The position numbers were made by a program, and so were the translations under genes. 64,000 nucleotides of DNA from Candidatus Aenigmatarchaeota archaeon (GTDB lineage: Archaea; Aenigmatarchaeota; Aenigmatarchaeia; QMZP01; QMZT01), in NCBI GenBank assembly GCA_963726265.1, contig CAVSBQ010000002.1, forward strand, positions 736,001-800,000. The letters run 5' to 3'. The notes under the pieces were generated by a model. That model saw nothing but the letters and a program-made list of their open reading frames with translations, did no database searches and was not told the DNA's origin. Shown here one piece after another: positions 25,901 through 37,900 of this stretch. Position 1 is the stretch's first letter. The number at the start of each line of letters is the position of its first letter.

Positions 25901-28900
25901 CGTGCTTAATTCATCGAGGCAGTATTTCCTGCCTAACACGACGACTCTTACCAACTGGTTCTGGCTCGAGAACAAGAACGCGACCGAAGCCGACCTCAAG
26001 GTCACGCCAGCCCAGGACGGCTGGACCAGGCTCTACAACTACACCGTCCTGGTCAACGACGCCGACTCCGACGTAGTCAACTGCTCACTTTACATCAACA
26101 AGTCCGACGGCCAGGGATGGATATACAAGGGCTCCAACATCCTCTACAACTCAACAGGCATAGTGAACAGGAACTGTTCGGTGGCGGTACACGACTTCAC
26201 GGGCGACGACATCGGCAACAACTCCTTCCGCTTCCTCATCAACGACAGCGAACCCGCGAACGTCCACTACACCTCAACAGCGTATGGCCCGTATCTTGAA
26301 GAAGCGAACGTCACGATACTTTACATCGCAGGCAACAACTCATACGTAAACATAAGCAATTCGAATCCAGACAACGCCATTTCACTCGTGCTGAGAGTCA
26401 ACGACACGGATAATTCGTCATACCCTTCGGGCGTCAACGCTACCATATGGGTCATGTTCAACGAGAGCGCATGGGACAGCGGCAACTTTTCCCAGACGGC
26501 GAACGGCTACATAAACTACACCTTCGACCCTAACTGCAGCTATAAGCCGGGCACAAGGCCATGGAATGGCGGGACGACAGACAATTATTATGACGACAGG
26601 AATTACACCGGCAACCTGACCATACGCGTCATAGGCGACCTGAACAACACCTTAATCTCACCGCTCAGTTCCATGGGCGCTTCCTCACAATACCTGCCGC
26701 GGCTCGAACGTGACAATAAGGGTGCGGCTGAGGGATTTGTGCGGCAACAACATCACGGGCGCCGCCTCCAACATAACTCTCAGGATGATGCATAACGACA
26801 CGGGCCAGCAGTTCAACTGCACCGGCATACTCGAGGAAGGCAACGGCACCTACAACTGCACCTTCAACACGTCCGGCATGCCCGCGAAATTCTACCACAT
26901 AAACATGTTCTCCAACAGGAGCTATTACAATCCCGACAACGACACTGCGAACCTCGCCTTCTTCATAGACACAGCGCCCGTGCTTTCCGGCTGGTCGCTC
27001 ATGCCTTCGGGGGACGGCGGCTGGGGCGAAGAATACACGTTCATGGTCAACGTGAGCGACGAGGACGGCGACATCATGGAGGTCTGCGCCTACGCCAACA
27101 AGAGCAACACGTGGGGCAGTGCCGGCTGCAACCTGACGGTCGCTGGCATTAACCAGACGGTCATATTCATAAAGGCCAGCGACACGTATTTCCACAGCGG
27201 CGACATAGGTCCTGCGGAATACAAGTTCAACGTCACGGACAGCGGGAACAACCCCTACGTCGGCGGCTCGCAATACTCGGACCAGACACCTGTCACGCCT
27301 TTCACGGTAGCAGGAGACGACGTGTTCATCAATGTCACGCTGGGCAACAACAGCGTTGTCAACAGGACCAGTCCCGACTTCCTCTGGGAAGTCAAGATGT
27401 ACGACACGGACCTGGAACCCGACGAGGAAGTATACGCCGGGACCGAAGGCATGTTCTATTACACGAAGAACATATCGAGCGGCTTGTGGTACCAGTCGGA
27501 GGTAAAAACCACAAGCGGCGGCGCCAGCGCCGGCATAATCAGGTTCAGGGACGAGGATCCTGAGGCGGAATTCTACGACTGCTCCTTCGTGATAGGCCCG
27601 CAAATGTGGAAGGCCGGCTTAATAACGAGCGACATATACAAGCCGATAAATTCATCGGTAGCCAACTGGAGCATGATCACCACCAACATAACCGCCGTGC
27701 AGCTAGACCCGGACGGCATATCGAGGGTCAGGGGCGTCGACAGCATAGTGTTCCGCGCGAACGTGACGGACGACTGCGGCGCGCTGGCCGGAGCGACTGT
27801 CACTTTCAACGTGCTTCAGCAGGGAAGCGAGGCCGTGAAGGAAGCGTGCTCAGGCACGCTTTACCAGGGGAACGGGATATACAACTGCACGATGACGGCC
27901 GGGACGCATTCGTCATGGAACACCGGCTGGTATAACGCGACGACCGTTGCCGGCAAAACTTACTATAACGGGACCACCTACAAGAAAAACAGCTCCTTCT
28001 ACTTGGCCACGGTGCCGGTCATAGGGAGCACGGCTGCCCAGGCGGCTTCGGGCTCGTCCGGCGGATGGGGCGAGTCATGGAGCTTCCTTGTCAACAACCT
28101 CCAGGACCTGGACGGGGGCTGGATGAACGTATCGCTGTGGGCGAATCTCACGGGAAGCTGGGAATATCTTAACAGCACCAACACGACCGCGACGTCGTTC
28201 CTGAGCTTTACCGGCCATTCAGTTTAACTGCTCGGATTTGCTCGGCCAGACCTCCAGCCAGAAGCAGTACAACATAACCGCGATAGACGAATGGAACTAC
28301 AGGGACGAGGACGTGCAGGCCTTCACGCTTGCTCAGGGACGACACCCAGACATATTACATAGAAGGCTCCAGCACGACGGTCCCAATATACAGGGAAGGC
28401 GCGAACACAAGGCTGCTCAAGGCCAGGATAAACGACAGCGACAGGAACGACCTCGGCCTTGGCGGCGGCGTGAAAGGCGCTTTCAGGATGATGACCAACT
28501 TTACAAACGACACCTATCCCGGTGCTTTCATATTCATAAACATGACAACGACCGATGCCGACGGGAACCTTTCATACACTTTCGATCCCAACTGCACTTT
28601 CAGCGTTGGTCTTCTCAAGATGGTATGCGGGTTCTTACAATGACACTTGTTATGACGATGATTTATTCTACATGGGGCAGCAGGGTACTGGTATACGGCC
28701 AGCTCAAGAACAACATTCAGCAGCCCAACTGGACCAGCGGCCAGCCCGTCGTCGCCGTAGGCAACAACGTAACCATAAGGTTCAACGTCTCGACCGACTG
28801 CGGCAACGAGGGCCTCCAGACCGGCCTTTCGAACGCCACCATACGACTCAGGTCGCCGACGGGTGTATGGGAACACTGCAACTCGACGCAATACGTCTTC

Positions 28901-31900
28901 GACGAGGGCAACGGCTATTATAACTGCACCTGGGACACGTTCCTACACCAGGGAGGCAACTGGTCCATAGAGATAAACACGTCCAAAGGCAATTATTCAT
29001 CCAACAGCACGCTGCTAGTGAACTACATCTACCTGAACAACACGCCGCCCGCCTATGGCAATCTTTCAGTGACGCCGGGCGAGGATGGCTGGGGCGTGGT
29101 CTTCAATTACAGCGTCGACGTATGGGACCCACAGACGGACAACGTCACATGCAAGCTTTTCGTCAGGACCAATAATTACGACAAGACATGGGTGCTCAAG
29201 AACTCGACTCTTATCATAGGCGGCAGGGGTAAGTGCTCGCTCACGGTAAGCGATTTCGACTGCCTCGACATCGGCAACGACAGCGTCAACAGGTTCATGT
29301 TCGAGCTCTACGACGGCACCAACATCCTCCCCACGTCCAACGTTTCCGCGCCCAACATCACGGCCAACAGCGTCAGTATATCATATTATTACGGCAATAT
29401 GTCCCTGCTCAACAGGTCCAACGCAGAACCGGAGCATTCAGCGTTTCTCGCGGTATTCGTGAACGATACGGACAGGAACGAGTCTGCTCCGGCAAACGTG
29501 GACGTGACTTTCTGGATAACGCTTAACGCATCGAACCCGTCCAGCTGGGATGACGGCAACCTCACGGAGACCAACTCATCCGGCTTTGCCAACGTGACCT
29601 TCAACCCGGAGTGCAGCCCTTTCTACACGGTCGGCAACCATTCGTGGAAGGCAGGGACGACTGACGGATGCTACCAGAAACTGAATACAAGCGAGGAGCT
29701 CAACCTCACGATACGCGGGACCCTTGTGCCGCAGATAATATACATGCTTCCGCCTTCTCCGGGCCTGGGGGATGAAATCCTGAGAGGCGAGAACATCACG
29801 CAGCAGGTCTACGTGGACAGCGACTGCGAGGGCGATGCCGTCAATGACGCCAATGTCAGCATGGGTTTCACCAACGAGAACGGGGATTTCTACGGCTGCG
29901 CTCCCCGTTTACAGGATAGTCTCTCCCGGCGTCTACGAATGCGAGAGGAACACGACAGACATGCGCGCCAGATGGTACAACACGAGCACGAATTCCACCA
30001 GGGAGCTTTACAACATGAACGCCACGATGCTCGCCGACCACTTCTTCATAAAGACCATGCCGGTGCTGTCGTCGCCCAACATAACCAAAGACCCGGCCGG
30101 CTGGGGCGAGGCCAGAAACTTCACAGTGAACGTCACGGACGAGGACCTCGACAACGTCTCGATCCAGCTTTACGCGAGATGCGTATCGACCGTATTCGGA
30201 AGCTGCCCCGGCATATATAGCGACAGTGACTGGCATTTCGAAAACGAGCAGACGCTCACGTCCCCAATAAATGCGACAGCGTACATCAGCCTCGGCAGCA
30301 ATTTCTACGGCGTAGGCTGCCCGACCAGGGGCAACTGGAGCTACAGGTTCAATGCAACGGACATCCCCCATGACTACAAGGACGCGACCCAGCCTGCGAA
30401 TTTCAGCGTCGAGAGGGACGACGTGATATTCGAGCCATTCGCCGGCTACAACAACCCGATGGCATGGAGGAACGGGACGAATTCGACGCTCCTCAGCGTG
30501 AGGGTATATGACAACGACAGCGGAGAGTATGCAGGTTCCGGCAACGCGACCGTGTGGGTGACCAAAAACGCGTCCAATCCCGTGTCATGGGACGTGGGCA
30601 AATTCATAGGCATAAACGGCAGCGGCTACATAAACTACAACTTCCTTGACGAAGGGGAGATGCCGATGCACGAATGCAATTACACGGTCGGCAGGCACAA
30701 CTGGACCGCGGGCGTCGGCGGCATAAGCGAGGACATCTGCTACAAGACGGCCAACTCTTCAATATATAATCTAACCATGTGGGGCGAGCTGAGGCCGAGG
30801 GTCACTTACCCGACAGGCCTCAAGGGCTTCCTCGTCGGCGACCAGATAAACATAACCGGCTACGTCGAGGACGACTGCTCATACAGGACAGGCCTCGGCA
30901 TCGAGGGCGTGGACCTGGACCCGGCTTCGCCGTCGCAGAGATACATGATAAGGGGCGAGTCGGGAACGCCAACGCGTTACTGCACCGCCAATTGGCAGGA
31001 GGGGAGCGGATACTACAACTGCACGTGGGATTCCACAAGCCAACTGAGGATTAACTGGAACATAACGATGAGCGTGAACAAGACGTATTACGCCCCCAAC
31101 TCGACGATGGAAGGCAGGGCATTCCACCTGGGAACCGCCCCGCTCGTATCAACCCCCACGGTCCAGCCTGCATCAGAAGGATGGGGCTACAGGTTCACCT
31201 TCAACGTCTATTTCACCGACTCGGATAACGATGTGAACAATGTGTCGTTATGGAAGAGCTTCAACAACGCCACATGGGATTTCGTCAATTCGACGCAGAT
31301 AGCATCTTCCGGGATAACCCTTACGTTCTACCAGAGATTCACCTGCAGCGATTCGCAGCAGACGCCCGGCAGGCTGAACTACTTCAAGTTCAACACGACC
31401 GACCCGTTCAACTACACGTCCGAGACGACGTCTTCGACGTTCAACGTCACGGAGGACAGCGTCACTCTCACGCTTAACAACTCTGCGAGCACCGACACGG
31501 TAAGGAGGATGGGCAGCAACAATGCACTGCTCAAGTACAGGATAAAGGATGACGATTACAGCCAGTCCGGCAACGCGACATACCCGAGCGGCGTGGCGGC
31601 TCTGGTATGGATAACCAGCAACGGCACCGCATATTCCAATGTTAAAACCTGCACGTCAAGCAGCGGCCACTGCGAAGTAAATTACGATCCTAACTGTTCG
31701 ACCTCGCTTGCAGGCGTGCAGCGCTGGAAAGGAGGAACCAACGACACTTGTTACGAATATGAAAACTCCACCAACAGGTCACTCGAGGTCATAGGGCAGC
31801 TCAACGTTTCCATCGTGAACCCCGTGGCGAACATCATACTCAACAGAAACACGACCGTCGCGTTCAACGCGTCCGTATACGACGAATGCAACCTCGGCAT

Positions 31901-34900
31901 AAACGATTCCAACGTTTACTGGTTCAACGAAAGCATGAGCCTGCTTGCGACGGGCCACAACGCGACGTGGCTGGTGCCCTACAACTACCCGCTCGGCTCC
32001 GGCAAAACCATAAACGCAAGCACCAACAGGACATCCTACGACGGCAAGAGCAACGCCACGACAATTTACATATATGGCTGGGCGGAGCCCGACGCGATGA
32101 GCCCTGCAGAAGCGACCGTGTACATCGCAGGAGGCAGCAAGACGATAAAATGCCACGTGAGGGACACGAACACGCACGAGAACCTCGTCGGCTATAACGT
32201 AAGCTTATACGTCAACGGCGCCTATCAGGGGTCGGAGCTGACGGTCGGCGATTCCGGCAATGAAGGCAACGCCTCCTTCATGTTCAGCACCAACAGGCCT
32301 GCCGGCTATTACAACATCACGTGCTCGATAGGCAGCGATAACGTCATGTATTACAACGTCTCGACTGCCAACATAACCCACGAAATCCGCGTGTCCAGGC
32401 CGCTCATAATAGACCAGATAGTCAGGGTTCCATCCAACGGCATCATATACAGGAACGATTCCTTCTCTCCTTACCACGTCAACGTCACCGTGCACATCAA
32501 GGACGCCGAGCTAAGCGGGGAGGGAGCAGACAACGCTACGGTGCTCTTCTATAACCACTCGCAGGAATACATCGGCAACTGCACGACGAACGTATCAGGC
32601 TGGTGCAACGAGAGCGTGGCATGGAATCCCGAAGACACCATAGCGCCTAACTATTACAACATCTACATGAATGCCACGAAGCCGTACACCAACGAGAATT
32701 CGACGACCAATTCAACAAGCATAGACGTGTGGGGCAGATACCTGGCCAACATAAGCAAGCCAGATGAGGGCTCGCTTTACGGCAAGGGCGCGCTCATACC
32801 ATTCAACGCCAGCATAAGGGACGAAGACTGGAACTGGTTCATGGGGACGATGAACGTTTACTGGTACAACGATACGAACGATTACATCTACATGACCGTT
32901 TCAGGCGAGCTTAGCACCTTTGATTCCAGTTCGCAGGACCCCGGCTTCAGGAATTTCACCGCCAGGACCCAGCTGGGCCTTGCCCACTATTACTCCGAGA
33001 ATGACAGTGTCACGGTGCAGATGACCGGCTGGTCGATCGCTTCATGGGAATACCCCCCGCACCTCTCTGCTGTAAGGTATCCCTATGAGTTCCAGAGGGT
33101 CTGCAGGGTCATCGATTACATTTCGATGACGGGCGTGCCCAACTATCCCGTCAACATGTCTTACTGGAACGCGACGTCAGGCCAGTGGGTTTACAACGGC
33201 ACATACGTCACGAACGCCAGCGGCCACGTAAACGCAAGCTGGACGCCGTGGGACAAGGGCAACGTGACCTTCAACTGCACGATAGGCAACAACGCCACGC
33301 TGCAATACACGGCAAAGGAAGGCAACGAGAGCGCGGCCGCAATAATCTGGGTCAGGGACGAGGTCCCGCCAAACATAACAGGCGTCACCATCCTCCCGAA
33401 CGCCAGCATAGAGGCCTATCTCAACACGACGAACATCTCGGCAAACGTGACGGATGACTATATGGTATGGGACGTATGGGCGCGCCTTGGCCTGCCCAAC
33501 GGCAGCTATGAAAACAAGAGCATGAGCAACATAACGCTTACGACCTACAGGGTGGTTTACCCGCCCAAACTGAACGGCACATACAACGTGACGATATATG
33601 CAAAAGACAAGGGACCCGAATACAACATAAACAGTTCCGGCCCGTATTATTTCACGGTCTGGGGCAAGGCGAATGGAAGGGTAGGCCAGAACGCGACCGT
33701 TTACGCCGGCGGCATAACCCAGATTAATCCGTTCGTCTTCAACCTCACAATCAACTTCACCAACAACGGGCCGCCGCATGCATACGAGGCGAACGTCAGC
33801 ATATATGATCGTTCATCGCCGACGTCGAATGTTTCAACAGGCTACGTGACATACAACGAAACCTCGCATTACTGCGGCAACATGACCAACGGCTCGCTGT
33901 GCCAGTGGACCGTGCTCATCACGGTGCTTGCCGCTACTCCGCCGACTGGCATATACGTCTATGGCAACGCGACCTGGATGGAGCCCGACAGGACGAACGC
34001 TTCATACGCCAATTACACCTACGTCATAGTCGCTTCCAACCCGGTCATAGAAATCCTCGAGAGCGGCATCAACAGGACGACCCCGCACGACAAGGTCACA
34101 TACGTCGACAACCTGACCGTGTATTCAGGCGGCAACGACAGGATAACCAACATACAGCTCGGCAATCTCGGAGGCAACTTCGACCTTAACTGCTACGACT
34201 GCGGCCTGACCATCGTTCCGAACTCCCAGGGAGACCTTGCAGCGGGCTATAATTTCACTTCGGACATCTGGGTCACCATTCCCAAGGGCAAGCCGCCCGG
34301 CAACTACTGGACCTACATAACGGTCAACTCCACGAACGCCGGCTCGGACATATACCTCATGAACCTCACCGTCCCGCTGAATTCTTCATGGCTGAGAACG
34401 CCGTCGTCCTTCCCGGTCATAATCGCGCAGCCCAACGCCAACGGCCTGGTGGGCAGGTTCAACGTCACGAACGACGGCAACGTCAAGATAGATTTCATGA
34501 GCGTTAAAAGGGAAGCCGCAGGTCCTCTCGTGGCGGTCAACCCGGAAGGCTTCTCCGTCGACACGATGTCGACCAGGGAAATAAATATCACGTACACGAT
34601 ACCCATAGGCTATCCGAACGGCCTGTATTACGGCGTGATTGCGATAAGGAACGACACGCTGCCAGCGGACCCGGTCGAGCAGACGATTTCATTCTGGCTT
34701 AACGTCACAGACCTCGCCCCGAACATAAGCAGCTACAGCGTGGAACCAAGGAATTTCGAGGCGGGCTTCGAAACCGTCATCATAAACGCCACAATCACCG
34801 ATAACATCGCGGTCGACAAGGGATGGACTGAAATAGAGAGGCCCGGGGAATACGTGAGCTATTCCAGCAGCCAGACGATGATGCACAACGCGACCGCGCC

Positions 34901-37900
34901 CGATGACGGTTTCAATTACACCGAAGGCATAAACTCGACCGGCACCATGCAGCAGTTCAACGTGACCGTTTACAACTGGAATGCTGACACCTTCATCTAC
35001 GTCAACATAACTGTCAACGGCCTGCTGATAACGGGCAATCATTCCATCGAGAACGGCACGAACTTCACCATCGACGCAGTCGCCGCCGGCGCGAACCTTT
35101 CGCTTCCGGCCAACCACGACATAAACATAACCATCTATAATTCCGCAGGCGACCAGCTGGAAGCCAGTTACACGTCATGGCTTTCCTACAGGATATTGCA
35201 CGGCCAGCTGATAAAAACCATGATGGACAGGAACGTTTCGTTCTTCAACACGACATACTGGACCAACGTGACTGGCTACCACAAGCTGAGAATATGCGCG
35301 AATGACACGTCGGCCAGGACAGCGTGCACCGCTGACATAAGCCTGCTGGCCGCGGGCAACACCAGCATCATAGTAACACCGAATGCCACCGTGATAAACG
35401 TCACCAACATAACCACCATCGCGGGCCAGAGTTTCGGAGTGGCTTTCAACGTCTCCAACGCCGGTTATGCCAGGGCATACAATGTGATCGCCAACGTGTC
35501 TTACCTGGCGGGCTGGTCTGCCGTACCGGAGGGCTTCTACTTCGGCACGCTTTACAGGACTAACGTCTCGTCCAACCTTACTGTCATAACCGTGCCGCCG
35601 TCCACGGTCCCGGGAGAATACAATGCATACATAACCGCCAACTGGACTAATCTCAACGCATCCAATCTTGGTACGAATTTGACGGCCATAATATTCAACG
35701 TGAGCGCCAACCCGATGATAGACCTCCAGGACAGGATACCGCCTTCAGGCGAAGAGGTGATAAGCGCCGGCAGCGAAAGGAATATCACCTTCAACATCAC
35801 GTCGATAGGCAACGTCAACGCGACCAACATCACGTTCAGCTGCAGTTCCGGAATCGTTTGTATGAACTTCTCCCCCGTGTTCAGCACAGCTCTAATTCCG
35901 GTTATGGAAAGCAACGCGACGCAGCTCGTTAACGTGAGCGTCTCCATCGCCTGGAACTTCCCCGCAGGCCCATACAACGGCACCATAACCGCAACGGGCG
36001 ACGGGACCTCGGATTCCTCGCCCATTTACGTAACCATCCCCGCGAACGTTTCATGGAGCATGGAGCCGAACAACATAACCAGGGAAGTGTTACAGGGAAC
36101 GAGCGGATTTTCGGCTTAATAGCAGTCAGGAACATGGGCAACGTCTACGCAGGCCTTACCGTCGATCCAGATAGGACTGGAACGTACCGCCCGGCTACAT
36201 CATCCTACACGCCTGCAGCATTTCACCTGGACATAGGGGAAATAGAATATATTGTATGTCAATTACAGCGCTGCCCGTGACTTACATCACATCCACATAC
36301 ACGGGCAAAATATGGACCTCAACGTAACATCCTACGATGAAGAGAATTCCAGAAAATATCCTCATAAACATAACCATACATCCCTACTCCGTCAACATCA
36401 TCTCGCCGACAGAGGCGAGCCCGAAGCTCAACGTCTCTCCCGGCGACATCGGTGCAGGCCAGGATAAACATCACCTACGGCACGTCGCCCGTCACGCAGA
36501 ACATGACCTTCAACCTTTCGCTTTACAACAGCACCATGCGCTCGTACGTCACGCTCACGTCGCAGAGCTACAACTCGACCAACGGGCTGTGGTACGTGAA
36601 CTTCACCGCGCCGAACGCTCGCGCTGCAGAAGGGCTACGACCTCAACGTCACCGCGACCTACAACAGGTATGGCAATGCAGAACGTCACTTATTATGACA
36701 CCGAGGCCAAGGCCGTCGTATACAAGGACGAGGTGCCGCCAGAGATTGTGATATCCGTGCCAGCGAGGGTGCCGGCCAACAACACCGCGACAGTTTATGC
36801 GAACATAACCGACCAGGGCGGCGTGCAGAACGCGAGCATAATCGTCTATAACCCGAACGGCACCGCGCAATACGGCAACATGACCTTCATTTCGAAGAGC
36901 ATCGACACGTATGTCTACAGATATGATTACATCAACACGACCTCGACCGGAATCTACACGATCAACGTGACCAGCTGCGACATGTCAGGCAACTGCAACT
37001 CGACCAACAAGACCTTCGAAATATTCCTGGGCATCTGGTTCTCAGGTTACGCCATAGACATCTTCAACTCCAGCCACCCGGTCATACGCCAGGAATTCAG
37101 GTTCTACGACGACTACGGCCAGCTGCTCATGAACTTCACCGGCAACTCCCTGACCGGCTTGTATAACGAGAGCATAGACTCGAGGATATATGACATCGCG
37201 GTCAGGTTCTGGAACGACAGCATCTCGCTCCTGACCGTGCCGATGTTCGTGAACATACACAACCCCATACAGTTCGGCAGCGTCCCGAACACCAGGGTGT
37301 CCCTGCTGGGCGCCGGGGTCTACAGGAGCGTGTGGGTCAACAACTCGATGAACTATTCGATGGGGAACATCTCGCTCAATTACTCCAGGTATGAAGAGCA
37401 GATCAACCCCGTCAACATCAGCCTTTACCATTGCAGTTCATTCAATTCCATTTCGTTCTGCCAGTCCGGATGGAGCAGGATGACCGTGGCGGTCAACACC
37501 ACGACCACCACCATAACCGCCAACTCGACCGACCTTAACGGCGTTTTTGTGATAGCCGACTTCATCTGCGGCGACGGCAGCTGCTCGTCAGCTTCCGGAG
37601 AATCGATGGCCAACTGCCCGCTCGACTGCGTCATAATAACCCCGCCTGTTACTCCTCCGGGGGGCGGAGGCGCGGCTGGCGGAGCGGGAGCCGGGGCCGC
37701 GGCAGGCGCCGGAGCCGCCGCAGGCGCAGCGGGAGCGGCGCAGGTCCCGGTCGAGATAAAGTCGACGCTGATATTCGTCACGCTAAGACCCGGCGAGCAC
37801 GAAATACACTCGATAGACATAACCAACAACCTTGGCAATGCCGTCGAGGTCGAGAATAGCGTGATCGGCAACGCCTGGGAGCTTGTCCAGATTGAAAAGC

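Larger units (their letters stand above)
6960..32070 (+). repeat. About 25 tandem ~1.0-kb (~340 aa) diverged protein repeats, each with three predicted beta-sandwich domains
   Basis: The GWG/SWS/GWT-xxx-(F/Y)-N-F/Y motif recurs near 7000, 8045, 8787, 9800, 10817, 11805, 12787, 13790, 14745, 15745, 16735, 17735, 18810, 19815, 20835, 21910, 22922, 23950, 25000, 26018, 27018, 28063, 29086, 30098 and 31180. Confidence 0.85.

Noticed and set aside
19743..26311. Diversity-generating retroelement TR/VR pair or CRISPR-like array
   Set aside because: The copies are in-frame coding modules 3.1 kb apart, differences are not confined to adenines, and there is no reverse transcriptase, cas gene or repeat-spacer structure in the window.
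17690..26700. Assembly duplication artefact behind the triplet repeat
   Set aside because: Each copy has private substitutions and strongly diverged flanks, which a simple mis-assembly would not produce. Long reads would settle it.
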